From positions 96,614 to 160,613 of the forward strand of contig URDX01000001.1 in NCBI GenBank assembly GCA_900546695.1: 64,000 nt of DNA, written 5' to 3'. The DNA comes from an uncultured Eubacteriales bacterium (GTDB taxonomy: Bacteria; Bacillota; Clostridia; Oscillospirales; CAG-272). The translations under genes were made by a program, and so were the position numbers. Each line of letters opens with the position of its first letter. Positions within the stretch are counted from its first letter, which is position 1. The notes beneath the pieces were generated by a model, which ran no database searches, had not been told where the DNA came from, and saw only the letters and a program-made list of their open reading frames with translations. Positions 53,725 through 63,291 of this stretch are shown here, piece after piece.

Positions 53725-55226
53725 AACCGCTTTCTCCTGACATAAACGACGATTCCGACGACCGTGACGGTGACGGGCAGCAGCGTTGCGAGAACGACCG
53801 TCCATGCATACGCCTCGCCCGTGGTGATATCAAGCTCGTTGTTGTCGAAAATCTTGAACTCGATGCCGTTCGGCACGGTGACCTTGCCCATGGTTTTCAT
53901 CGCCGAATAAAGCAGCTCAACGTTTCCGTAGGTGCTGCTGCCGATATACTTTTCGGAGACAAACTCGGTGGTGCCGCAGGCAAGAACGTAGTTGCGGTGC
54001 GCCTCGTTGTCGATGTAGCGCAGCTCGGTGGTAAAGGTCATGAGCGGCTGAGAGCCGGTCGATTCGACCTCATCGCTGCCGAATGCGCAGGTATACGACT
54101 CGGGCGAGGATAGCAGAACATTCGAGACGGTGCGTGTGCCCTGGTCGATGGTCTTTTCCTCTGTCTCGTAGGTCGAGATAACTGGCATCGCGTTGGTGAC
54201 GATGGATTTCGGAACGTTATCGAGGGTACGCATGCTCTTTGTGAGCGTTGCGCCGCTGTCCTCGGTCTCATAGACCGAGACAAGCGCCGTGCCGCTGACG
54301 TTTATGCTGTTGACCTTATCGTAAACGACCGAATCGCCGAACGATATTCCCCACTCGGAAAGCAGCTCGTCGAGGGCGAAGAAATCGTTCTTAGAGCGTG
54401 CGCTCGAGTCCATGAACACCATCATGCTGCCGATGCTGTCGAGAAAATCGTCGACCTTCTTTATCTCGTCGACATCCGCCCCGTAGCCCGCAAAATCGTA
54501 CTGCGGACCGTTGATTATCAGCAGCTGCGCGCGCTCGTAGTCGATATCCTCGAGCTGGAGATCTATCTCGCGGACCTCGTAGCCCGCCTCGTCGAGCAGC
54601 TTCCAGAGCGCGGAGGTATCGGTCGTCTCACCGTGATTCTTTGTAAAGTACGCGATGGGATTATCGCCCGTCATGCTGAGTATGGCGGTGGTAATCTTGT
54701 ACTCCGCGTTGAGCGCGTAGGGCTCATTAGTCTCGTCTAGCGTATAGAAGCTGTCGGTAGTAAAGACGCGGTAGTCGCCCGTCGTGTCGTTTGTGATAAT
54801 GACGCTGTTTGTACGTATCTTAGAGCCCGATGTGGTACGGAAGGCGCTTATCTCGCCGGGGTGCGCGTTGACGTCGATATATTCTATCGAGACAAAGTCG
54901 AATGCGGAGGCGTAGAGCAGCGCGCTCTGATGCACGAGCTTTGAGTAATACGAGCTCTCGAGCTCGCCCTCATCGGAGCAGAATATGATGCGAATGTGCA
55001 CATCGTCCCGGTCGGCGAGCGGGTCGAGCAGCGCGTGCGTGCTGTCCGAGATGGAGTACAGCCCCTCCGTCGTCATGTCGATATACCATTTAAAGTTAGT
55101 CGCGAGCGCGGAAAAGATAACGTTGACTATAACGACCATCGCGATGACCGCCGCCGTCAGCAGCACCGCCGTGCCGCCGTAGCGGAGTCTGCGGCTCTTA
55201 CCGCTCGGTTTCTTTTTATTTTCCAT
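53721..55226 (-). CDS. GldG-like ABC-transport auxiliary protein (ABC-type uncharacterised transport system domain)
   Basis: 501 aa with N- and C-terminal TM anchors (GGTAVLLTAAVIAMVVIVNVIF; WTVVLATLLPVTVTVVGIVVYV) flanking a large extracytoplasmic domain. Operon order is ATPase, ABC-2 permease, this gene, DUF4340. Confidence 0.7.
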   Translation of the reverse strand: MENKKKPSGKSRRLRYGGTAVLLTAAVIAMVVIVNVIFSALATNFKWYIDMTTEGLYSISDSTHALLDPLADRDDVHIRIIFCSDEGELESSYYSKLVHQSALLYASAFDFVSIEYIDVNAHPGEISAFRTTSGSKIRTNSVIITNDTTGDYRVFTTDSFYTLDETNEPYALNAEYKITTAILSMTGDNPIAYFTKNHGETTDTSALWKLLDEAGYEVREIDLQLEDIDYERAQLLIINGPQYDFAGYGADVDEIKKVDDFLDSIGSMMVFMDSSARSKNDFFALDELLSEWGISFGDSVVYDKVNSINVSGTALVSVYETEDSGATLTKSMRTLDNVPKSIVTNAMPVISTYETEEKTIDQGTRTVSNVLLSSPESYTCAFGSDEVESTGSQPLMTFTTELRYIDNEAHRNYVLACGTTEFVSEKYIGSSTYGNVELLYSAMKTMGKVTVPNGIEFKIFDNNELDITTGEAYAWTVVLATLLPVTVTVVGIVVYVRRKRL

Positions 55227-55238
55227 TGCCTTGCCTCC

Positions 55239-55976
55239 TTATGCCCAACGGCGCTTCTCGTACACGCGGACGGTGACGAAAAGGAACACGAAGGTTATGG
55301 ACAGATAGTAGATAATCGCGTTGAAATCAAACACGCCGTACGAGAAATTCTGAAAACGGCTGTATATCGAGAGCCACGAGAGCACCGAGCGGAGCGGCGC
55401 ATACGATATCACCGAATTCAGCATGCCGCAGCAGAGGCAGAATACGAGGATGGCGATGGTCGCGATAACCGCGGTTATCTGATGCTCCGTGAGCGAGGAT
55501 ACGAAAACGCCGACGGCAATAAACGCCGCGCCGAGCAGCAGCACCGCTATCGAATAGCCGACGAGTATCGCCGTGTTCTTCTCGGTAACGACGCCGCTCG
55601 TATCGTTGTAGATATAGAGCAGCAGAAAGTCGAGCGCCGATACGGCATACGTCCCCGCAAAGACGGTATACGCCGCGAGAAACTTAGCACCCACCATTCC
55701 GCCGATGGAGACGGGCGCGGTGAGCAGCAGCTGCTCGGTTTTCATTCTCCTGTCGTCCGCAAACAGACGCATTGTCAGCAGCGGGAGCAGGAAGGAAAAG
55801 CCGAATATCAGCACGGTAAAATAGGTCCCGATGTCCGCGCTGCCGCCCGATATGGCGGTGAGCAGCGTCGTATATGCAAACAGCACGCCGCTGAGCACAA
55901 GATACACGGCTACGAAAACATAGCCTATCGGAGAGGTAAAATATGAGCGCAGCTCGCGCTTATAGATAGCCTTCAT
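55239..55976 (-). CDS. ABC-2 type transporter permease
   Basis: 245 aa, 6 TM helices. MKAIYKRELRSYFTSPIGYVFVAVYLVLSGVLF is typical of ABC-2/GldF-like permeases. 4-nt overlap with the ATPase gene. Confidence 0.8.
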   Translation of the reverse strand: MKAIYKRELRSYFTSPIGYVFVAVYLVLSGVLFAYTTLLTAISGGSADIGTYFTVLIFGFSFLLPLLTMRLFADDRRMKTEQLLLTAPVSIGGMVGAKFLAAYTVFAGTYAVSALDFLLLYIYNDTSGVVTEKNTAILVGYSIAVLLLGAAFIAVGVFVSSLTEHQITAVIATIAILVFCLCCGMLNSVISYAPLRSVLSWLSIYSRFQNFSYGVFDFNAIIYYLSITFVFLFVTVRVYEKRRWA

Positions 55977-56950
55977 CTGCCGTCTCTCCTTCCGTTTTTG
56001 CCGACCCTGCCCCGCGTTTCCTCGCGCCGCCCGGTCATGCTTACAAATATATCCTCAAGACTTGCGCCGAGAGCCTCCGAGCCGATAAGCGGCCAGCCCT
56101 TCTGCGCGAGCATATAGAACATCGGCTTGCGAATATCGATCGCCGCCTCGCTCTCGACAAGGTAGGTAGTGCTGTCGTCGCCCTCCGTCATGACGCTGAC
56201 CGACTTTACGCCCGGCAGCGCCCGCAGCTCCGCGGTAACGCTGTCGCGCGGTCCGCAGATAATGACGCTCGTGCGTCGGTTTCCGCCGCCGATATCCGAG
56301 ATATCCGCCGTGCGCTCGTCCGCGAGCACCTTGCCCTTGTTCATTATGATAACGCGGTCGCATACCGCCTGCGCCTCACCGAGCAGATGGGTGGATAGCA
56401 GCACCGAATGGTTGCGCCCGAGCGTTCGTATCAGGTTTCTTATCTCGATTATCTGACGCGGGTCGAGTCCGACGGTCGGCTCGTCGAGGATGATTATCCT
56501 CGGATTTCCGACCAGCGCGGAGGCGATACCGACGCGCTGCTTATAGCCCTTTGACAGGCTCGAGATGAGTCTGCCGCGAACATCCGCAAGCTTTACCACC
56601 TCGCATATCTCCGCGAGATGCTTCTTTCGGTTAAAGGTGCAGCCGCGCAGCTCGTAGACAAACCCGAGATACTCGAGCACCGTCATGTCGGGATAGAGCG
56701 GCGGCACCTCGGGCAGATAGCCGATGAGCTTTTTCGCCTCAAAGGCGTTCTCGAGAATATCGTAGCCGCAGATGTTTACCGTGCCGTCGGTCGCGGAGAG
56801 GTAGCCGGTCATTATGTTCATGACCGTTGATTTTCCCGCCCCGTTCGGTCCGAGCAGACCGACTATCTCGCCGTCTCCTATCTCAAAGCTGACGCCGTCG
56901 AGCGCCCGCTTGTTTCCGTAATTCTTGACCAGGCTTTCAACCTTAATCAT
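55973..56950 (-). CDS. ABC transporter ATP-binding protein
   Basis: Walker A GPNGAGKST, signature LSKGYKQRVG, Walker B IIILDEPTVGLD. AAAGGA RBS. Confidence 0.9.
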   Translation of the reverse strand: MIKVESLVKNYGNKRALDGVSFEIGDGEIVGLLGPNGAGKSTVMNIMTGYLSATDGTVNICGYDILENAFEAKKLIGYLPEVPPLYPDMTVLEYLGFVYELRGCTFNRKKHLAEICEVVKLADVRGRLISSLSKGYKQRVGIASALVGNPRIIILDEPTVGLDPRQIIEIRNLIRTLGRNHSVLLSTHLLGEAQAVCDRVIIMNKGKVLADERTADISDIGGGNRRTSVIICGPRDSVTAELRALPGVKSVSVMTEGDDSTTYLVESEAAIDIRKPMFYMLAQKGWPLIGSEALGASLEDIFVSMTGRREETRGRVGKNGRRDGR

Positions 56951-57361
56951 ATCAGGATTCCTTTCCGGGGAGCCGCGTGCCTCTGCTCCGCGCCCCTCGC
57001 CTCGAATATTTACAATCGGTCGTATTGTAGCACAAAATTATAAAGAAAGTATTAATAAGTACACCGCGCTATGGTAATTACGGATAAATTTTTCTCCCTC
57101 TCGGCACAAAACGGCCGCCGCCCCGCCCCGCCGCACAACCCGCATGCCGCCGCGCATCCCGTGACATTTCAAGCACACAAAAAGCAGCGGCTGTTTTTGC
57201 CCGAGCGAGGAAAGGTCCTTGCCGCCGGGTAGGACCGTCGCTTTTTTGCATTTCGTGCCGTTTTTAATACATCTCGTGCCTAAATCCGCACAGAGCGCGA
57301 AAAATGTGCAATAATATAGACAGCAAAGAAACAAGCCTTGACACATGCGGAAAGGAACGGG

Positions 57362-57640
57362 ATGATGATTTACAAGTCCTCGCAGTTCAACTATTCTTTT
57401 CATGACGGCGACGAATTGCTAATGGTCAATTTTAAGAAAGGACTGTCTACGTTCACCACCGTAACAGGGGATGACATCATATCAATCCGAGACTATCTGT
57501 CCGCAGACACCGTAAATATCGACACACCTACGGAAGTCGGGCATGTCCTGATCGACAATGGCTTTCTGATACCGTTTGATACCGATGAAAATAAAGAAGT
57601 CGAGATGCTTCAGTCGCGGTCTTTGATTGCGGCAGCATAG
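57362..57640 (+). pseudogene. N-terminal fragment of a radical SAM/SPASM-type peptide maturase (no rSAM core follows)
   Basis: MMIYKSSQFNYSFHDGDELLMVNFKKGLSTFTTVTGDD..ISIRDYL....HVLIDNGFLIPFDTDENKEVEML resembles the region that precedes the CxxxCxxC core in SPASM maturases. The ORF stops at TAG 57638-57640 without any Cys cluster. Confidence 0.45.
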
Positions 57641-57729
57641 TGCAGAGCGGCACGCATGATGATCTGCTCGGCGACGAGCGCGGAAAATACTTCGAGCTGT
57701 GGAATGCCCAGGCGCAGTATTACGTCTGA
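57595..57729 (+). pseudogene. C-terminal fragment of an ABC exporter nucleotide-binding domain
   Basis: A different frame reads ..VAVFDCGSIVQSGTHDDLLGDERGKYFELWNAQAQYYV*. This is the canonical extreme C-terminus of exporter NBDs (compare GRIIERGSHDELIALGGRYYELY in the 45586 gene). Three in-frame stops lie immediately upstream at 57577-57594. Confidence 0.5.
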
Positions 57730-57983
57730 TGCGGCAGGCGGGGACTTCCGACACCACCGCCGGCACGACGGTATCGACAGCGTCTGCGCAGCGCACGCAG
57801 CGGTATCGGCAGTGTCTGCATCTGCGCAGCGCACGCGCATAACACCGGCACATCGCCCGAATATGTCACGAAGGTATGAAGTATACACCGAGGTGTCACA
57901 GTTATTTAATACTCCTTTGTTCATACCCCAACCGCAAGATTTCCGATATGCATACAACGATTTCTGCCGTATGCAAACCGATT

Positions 57984-58037
57984 GCAAAGGTAAACAGCGG
58001 CGCAGCACCCCGACCTTTCCCTGGTGCTGCGCCGCTG
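57984..58037 (-). terminator. Rho-independent terminator of rsmG
   Basis: 15-bp stem CAGCGGCGCAGCACC / GGTGCTGCGCCGCTG. On the minus strand it is followed by TTTACCTTTGC. Confidence 0.65.
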
Positions 58038-58169
58038 CGCTTTATATGGTTTTACCGATCCGCCGTGACACGAAGTACGTTTCGTGCGCCCCCCGTACAG
58101 CTACACGCGCCGAAAGCTCGCCGTGACGCAAGAGCAGCCGCAGGCAGAAACCTCCGCCGTGACGCAGGG

Positions 58170-58946
58170 TCACAGCGGTTTTTTTGTTATCTTTGCAAAC
58201 TGACGCGGGTACTGCGGCGGGGTGTGTCCGCACTTTTCTATCACAAAAAGCGGATGGCGCAGCCTCTCGTCACCGAGCGCGATAACCGTCTCATGCTCAG
58301 CCGAAAAAACGCCGCCGAGCTTATGTATCGCGCCGTCGGACGCTACAAGCTCCTCCCTGCCCGATGGGCCCTTCATAGCTGCGAAGCACCCGCCCACACG
58401 GACAAGCGGCAGACAGAGCTCGCAGAGCACGGGAAGCGCCGCAACGGCGCGGGAAACGACAACATCAAAACGCTCTCGCAGCGCGCCGCCCTCGCCTCCG
58501 AGCTCTTCGGCTCTGCCGCTTATCGCGCGAAAGCCGTCAAGCCCGAGCCGTGCCGCTCCCTCCGCGACGTAAGCTATCTTTTTAGCCGTGCTGTCAAGCG
58601 CGGTGATACTCAAATCGGGGCGCACTATCGCCAGCGGCAGCGCGGGAAAGCCCCCGCCCGTGCCGACATCGCAGACCGTACAGCCCTGCGGCAGATACGG
58701 CGCAACTGCGGCAGAATCGACAAAGTGCTTTGCGATTATCTCGTCTATGCTGCGGATGGCGGTGACGTTCAGTCTGCTGCCCTCGTCGAGCATATAGCCG
58801 AGCAGCGTATAAAACCGCTCCTCCGCCTCCGATGTCAGCAGCTCGCCGAGCCCCGCCGCAGAAAAGCTCTCCCGCATCAACGCGAAAAACTCCTCCCTCT
58901 CGGGCAGCAGCGGCAGCTGTCTTGTCTTTTTTTCTTCCGTACTCAT
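58170..58946 (-). CDS. rsmG: 16S rRNA (guanine527-N7)-methyltransferase RsmG
   Basis: ..NVTAIRSIDEIIAKHFVDS.. ..VCDVGTGGGFPALPLAIV.. ..LDSTAKKIAYV.. is the GidB/RsmG SAM-binding pattern. Confidence 0.9.
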   Translation of the reverse strand: MSTEEKKTRQLPLLPEREEFFALMRESFSAAGLGELLTSEAEERFYTLLGYMLDEGSRLNVTAIRSIDEIIAKHFVDSAAVAPYLPQGCTVCDVGTGGGFPALPLAIVRPDLSITALDSTAKKIAYVAEGAARLGLDGFRAISGRAEELGGEGGALRERFDVVVSRAVAALPVLCELCLPLVRVGGCFAAMKGPSGREELVASDGAIHKLGGVFSAEHETVIALGDERLRHPLFVIEKCGHTPPQYPRQFAKITKKPL

Positions 58947-59023
58947 CTGTGTCTCCGTTAGTCTGTGTCGGTATCTCCGTTAGTCCGTACCGGTGTTTCT
59001 GTTAACCTGTATCGGTGTTTCCG

Positions 59024-60982
59024 TTAATCGGTGTCGGTAGCTCCGTCATCATTCGGGTTGTCTGCGCTCTCATTCGGTCTGCCGCCACCGCCAAGCCAAA
59101 CGAGCAGCACCGATATATCCGCGGGGCTGACACCCGATATGCGCGACGCTCTGCCGATGCTCTCGGGGCGCAGCCTGTCGAGCTTTTCCGCCGCCTCGCG
59201 GCGCAGACCGCGCACCGAAGGATAGTCGATATCTGCGGGCAGAAGCCGACGCTCGTACTTTTTGAAGCGCTTTGCCTCGGCGAGCTGACGCTTGATATAG
59301 CCCTCATATTTTATCTCTATCCATGCGCCGTCGCGCACCGCGCGCGGAAGCTCGGGGCGGGCGGGGTCAAGCGGCGCGATCAGGTCGTAATTGAGCTCGG
59401 GGCGGCGCAGCAATGCGTCGAGCGGAACGCCCGATGTGATAGGCGCGCTGCCGAGCGAAGCGAGATATTCGTTGTTGCGGGCGCTCGGGCTGACCGTCGT
59501 GCGGCGCAGCCGCTCCGCCTCCTCTGCTATCATACGCTTCTTTTCCGTATAGATACGGTACTGCTCATCTCCGACGAGCCCGACACGTCTGCCGATATCG
59601 GTCAGCCGCGCATCGGCATTATCCTGCCGCAGCAGCAGCCGATATTCGGAGCGCGATGTCATGATGCGGTACGGCTCATGCGTGCCCTTTGTTACAAGGT
59701 CGTCTATCAGCGTGCCGATATAAGACGAATCGCGGGTCAGAAGCATCGGCTCCTCGCCCTTTATCTTGAGCGCGGCATTGATGCCCGCAACGAGCCCCTG
59801 CGCCGCCGCTTCTTCATAGCCCGACGAACCGTTGAACTGCCCCGCGCCGTACAGCCCCGATATCGCACGGAATTCGAGCGTCGGCTCGAGCTGCTGCGGG
59901 TCGATGCAGTCGTACTGAATGGCATAAGCGGAGCGCATGGTCACGGCATTTTCAAAGCCGGGAAGCGAGCGCAGCATCTGCCGCTGCACCTCCTCAGGCA
60001 TAGATGAAGAAAAGCCCTGAATGTACATCTCCTCGGTATCCCTGCCCATCGGCTCTATGAACAGCTGATGCCGCGGCTTGTCCGCAAATCGCACCACCTT
60101 ATCCTCGATAGACGGGCAGTAGCGCGGACCCGTGCCGTGTATCCTGCCGCTGTAGATAGGAGAACGGTCAAGATTCTGCCTGATTATCTCATGCGTCTGC
60201 GCGTTCGTGTAAACGACGTGGCAGGGCAGCTGCGCGATGCGGTTGAGCTCCGCCTCATCGCTGCGCGTCGAGAACGGAACGATGTACTCGTCCCCCTCCT
60301 GCACCTCGAGCTGCGAAAAGTCTATGCTGTCACGCGCGACGCGCGGCGGCGTTCCCGTCTTGAAGCGCTGAAGGGTCACGCCCTCACGCAGCAGCGCGCG
60401 GTCAAGTCCCTCGGACGGCAGCATGCCGTCGGGTCCCGACGGGTACTGCACCTCGCCGATTATGACCTCTCCGTGCAGATATGTGCCCGTGCAGATAACA
60501 GCCGCCCTTACCTTCCATTCTGCGCCGAGCCGCGTTATTACCGAGCGCACGCGCCCGTCCTCAACGCGGAAATCGACTATCTCAGCCTGAATAAGACGCA
60601 GCCCGCTCTGATGCTCGAGCGTTTTCTTCATCACGGTATGGTACAGCGCGCGGTCCGCCTGAACGCGCTTTGAACGGACTGCGGGACCCTTGCTCGAGTT
60701 CAGCATCCTGCTCTGCAGCGTCACCTCGTCCGCCGCCCTGCCCATCTCGCCGCCGAGCGCGTCTATCTCAAAGACGAGATGTCCCTTGCCCGTGCCGCCT
60801 ATTGAGGGGTTGCACGGCATATTTGCAACGCCGTCGAGGTTGATGGTGAACAGCAGCGTGTTCAGCCCGAGCCGCGCGCAGGCGAGCGCCGCCTCGATCC
60901 CCGCGTGTCCCGCGCCGATCACCGCAACGTCCGCCTCGTCTGCAGCATATGTGTTTTTTATCTCGTAAGTTTCGTTTTCCAT
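59024..60982 (-). CDS. mnmG: tRNA uridine 5-carboxymethylaminomethyl modification enzyme MnmG
   Basis: ..DVAVIGAGHAGIEAALACARLG.. (FAD-binding GxGxxG), ..GPRYCPSIEDK.. and the conserved C-terminal domain. The likely start is ATG 60982 (MENETYEIK..); the ORF-track GTG at 60994 is the alternative. Confidence 0.95.
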   Translation of the reverse strand: MENETYEIKNTYAADEADVAVIGAGHAGIEAALACARLGLNTLLFTINLDGVANMPCNPSIGGTGKGHLVFEIDALGGEMGRAADEVTLQSRMLNSSKGPAVRSKRVQADRALYHTVMKKTLEHQSGLRLIQAEIVDFRVEDGRVRSVITRLGAEWKVRAAVICTGTYLHGEVIIGEVQYPSGPDGMLPSEGLDRALLREGVTLQRFKTGTPPRVARDSIDFSQLEVQEGDEYIVPFSTRSDEAELNRIAQLPCHVVYTNAQTHEIIRQNLDRSPIYSGRIHGTGPRYCPSIEDKVVRFADKPRHQLFIEPMGRDTEEMYIQGFSSSMPEEVQRQMLRSLPGFENAVTMRSAYAIQYDCIDPQQLEPTLEFRAISGLYGAGQFNGSSGYEEAAAQGLVAGINAALKIKGEEPMLLTRDSSYIGTLIDDLVTKGTHEPYRIMTSRSEYRLLLRQDNADARLTDIGRRVGLVGDEQYRIYTEKKRMIAEEAERLRRTTVSPSARNNEYLASLGSAPITSGVPLDALLRRPELNYDLIAPLDPARPELPRAVRDGAWIEIKYEGYIKRQLAEAKRFKKYERRLLPADIDYPSVRGLRREAAEKLDRLRPESIGRASRISGVSPADISVLLVWLGGGGRPNESADNPNDDGATDTD

Positions 60983-61005
60983 CCCTATTCTCACAAAAAG
61001 CCGTC

Positions 61006-63024
61006 TCAGTCCATGTCGGAGCTTGAGTCAAAGCCGTCATCCGAGCCGTCATTACGCAGAAACTCAAAATCACGCACGAGCGAGTCGTCATCATCAGAGT
61101 CCTGCGCGGGCTCGCTCTTCGCAGAGTCCGCACGTTCGGTAACGGGCGGATTTCCCGCTCCGGGCGCAGCCTCCGCATCATCGCTCGCCGTATCACCCGC
61201 CGCATCGACATCATCCCGACCCGACGCGCCGCTCATGTCCGATCCCGCTATTGAGTCAATAAGGCTGCGCCGCAGCGCACTCTGATAGCTCGCTATACGC
61301 TCGCCTACGTTGCTCTCGGCAGACGGTTTTTCCGCGCCGTCTGACTCCCGCGCAGGCTCTCCGACGTTGTCTTCCTCACTTGCAGATTCTCCCGCGATGT
61401 CCGATTCTCGCACACCGTTCTCAGCTTCTGCGGGAGAAGTTATCTCGGTTCCGATTATGCGGTCGATAATCTCCTCGGGCGAAAGCGCAAAGGCATCCCC
61501 TGCGTTCTCCTTTCCTATTTCGGCATCCGTCTCGGCCGCCGTACCCGTCACGGCATTCTCAGCAGCTTCAATATCCGAGGAAATCCCGCTCTCCGCATCG
61601 GCACCGGTATCATCGGCATCATCAGCCGCAGCGTCTCCCGCGACACCCGACATCTTCTCGATAGCGGGCACGGTCCTGTCGGATGCAGCTGCCGTATCGA
61701 CCGCCGCGCCGCCCGTCCAATGCGGGATCCTCGAAAGCTCGGGCTCGTCGGGACAGTCAAAATGCGTGCTCACCCCGTGCCCGATCTCATCCGCCGCGCC
61801 GTTCTCGGTATCGCCGACATATGCGTCGGCCGCGCCGCCATCCGCACCATCTGCATAAGCCGCGCCGTACGGCGAACCATCCCGAACGGGTGCTTCTCCC
61901 TGCGCAGCCGTATCCGCTGCGGGGTCGACAGCGTCGCCGAATGCAGCGCCGCCGAGGTCGATATAACCGCCGGTATAGCCGTTCTCGCGCACGTCGCGGG
62001 CGCTCTCCGCCTCTGACATTCCGCCCGCCGCGTACTCTCCTTCGCCGAGGTCGGCGGCATCATCCATAAGATCGCGCAAATATGCGTCCGCCTCTCTGTC
62101 CTCGCGGACGCGGCGCAGCTCCTTCAGCGCGCGCTTTTTTTCGTCTATATGCAAAGCCGCCGAAAACTTGATTCCGGCGGGCAGGTAGAACATATTCACT
62201 GCGATATACACACCGATGCAGAGCTCGACGGTCTTAAGCGGAAGATGCGTATCGCTGATGCCCCAGTTCAGCAGCAAAACCGCCGTCATGACCGCATCGA
62301 GCACTATTGCGATAAGCGCGACCGCCGCCGTCACTCTGAACAGCGCGGCTCTCTTTGCGCCGACGCGATAGCGCAGCTCCTGAACGAGATAGAGCATTAT
62401 TGCGATAGGCGCCGTCTGACCGAGAATACGGGTCGGGCTGCGCAGCGAGATATCCATCGTAAAATACAGACGGAGCAGCAGCAGCGCCACCCACATAACG
62501 GCAAAGCTGCCGAGCACCGCGACCGCCGGCTTTTTGTAGCCGCCGAACGAAACGACGATGAAATACAGCGCCGCCGGTATCGCGCAGATAATAAGCGCCG
62601 CGGTCACTACGTCAACGGGCTTGTCAAAGAGCAGCAGAGTGCCCGAGCGATGCAGTCCGAGCGCGAAAAAGACGGTCGCCGCAGCGAGCGCAAAGCCGCA
62701 GACGAGCCCCGTAAAAACCGACAAGCCCGTGAGCGGCGAGGGGCGCTCGTCAGGCTCGGGAGCTCTGCGCTGCGCGATAAAGCCGAAGATAAACAGCACC
62801 GCAACGGCAGCCGCCGCAACGGCATAGAGCACCGTAGGCAGTACGGTATCGGTCGAGAAGAAGCAGAGCAGCTCCTCCCCCGTTGAAACGGTTATGTACG
62901 GTTCAAAATACCTGAGCATGAGCACCGCCTCGACTGCCCCTGCAGCGAGCGCGAAAATCAGTGCAAGCACCGACAGCGGGGTATAGCTCATCCTCTTTTC
63001 TGCGGTGACGGTTTTGTCCTTCAT
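61006..63024 (-). CDS. Polytopic membrane protein (about 8 TM) with a ~380-aa acidic low-complexity C-terminal tail, function unknown
   Basis: The likely start is ATG 63024 (GAGAGGA 8 nt upstream), giving MKDKTVTAEKRMSYTPLSVLALIFALAAGAV... After about residue 290 the sequence becomes D/E/A/G-rich with no recognisable domain. The stop lies 24 nt upstream of the mnmG start. Confidence 0.6.
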   Translation of the reverse strand: MKDKTVTAEKRMSYTPLSVLALIFALAAGAVEAVLMLRYFEPYITVSTGEELLCFFSTDTVLPTVLYAVAAAAVAVLFIFGFIAQRRAPEPDERPSPLTGLSVFTGLVCGFALAAATVFFALGLHRSGTLLLFDKPVDVVTAALIICAIPAALYFIVVSFGGYKKPAVAVLGSFAVMWVALLLLRLYFTMDISLRSPTRILGQTAPIAIMLYLVQELRYRVGAKRAALFRVTAAVALIAIVLDAVMTAVLLLNWGISDTHLPLKTVELCIGVYIAVNMFYLPAGIKFSAALHIDEKKRALKELRRVREDREADAYLRDLMDDAADLGEGEYAAGGMSEAESARDVRENGYTGGYIDLGGAAFGDAVDPAADTAAQGEAPVRDGSPYGAAYADGADGGAADAYVGDTENGAADEIGHGVSTHFDCPDEPELSRIPHWTGGAAVDTAAASDRTVPAIEKMSGVAGDAAADDADDTGADAESGISSDIEAAENAVTGTAAETDAEIGKENAGDAFALSPEEIIDRIIGTEITSPAEAENGVRESDIAGESASEEDNVGEPARESDGAEKPSAESNVGERIASYQSALRRSLIDSIAGSDMSGASGRDDVDAAGDTASDDAEAAPGAGNPPVTERADSAKSEPAQDSDDDDSLVRDFEFLRNDGSDDGFDSSSDMD

Positions 63025-63291
63025 AATTAAAATCCTCTCGGAAGAAATATCTTTTACCGGGCAGCCGACGGCATGTCCTATACATATATTATATACCGTT
63101 TTTGCTCCGATTTCAATATGAAGATGAAAAGATACGGCGGTTTTTGCATTTTTCGGCTGTGTCGACCGACGATAGCGGTGCAAAGTTCACACTTTGTCTA
63201 TATATGCCATGTCATAAAGCGATATAATATTATTAAAGACCGCACGATGCGACATTTTCGGCGCAACGCCGACGCACGAAAGGATAACGAT

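Noticed and set aside
57071-57235. Possible precursor-peptide ORF (MVITDKFFSLSAQNGRRPAPP...) upstream of the maturase fragment
   Set aside because: It has no RBS and a Pro/Arg/Ala-rich translation typical of random high-GC sequence. It lacks a leader/core organisation or the Cys/Ser/Thr-rich core expected for an rSAM substrate.
57876-60007. 361-aa and 330-aa plus-strand ORFs
   Set aside because: They are antisense to rsmG and mnmG respectively, with Arg/Ala-rich shadow translations.
58170-63024. The mnmG-rsmG neighbourhood considered as oriC-proximal, with DnaA-box clusters
   Set aside because: I found no cluster of TTATCCACA-like boxes. There is only one weak match (CTATCCACC near 32480), far from this locus. 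There is also no dnaA, dnaN, rpmH or parAB in the window, so no origin call is justified.
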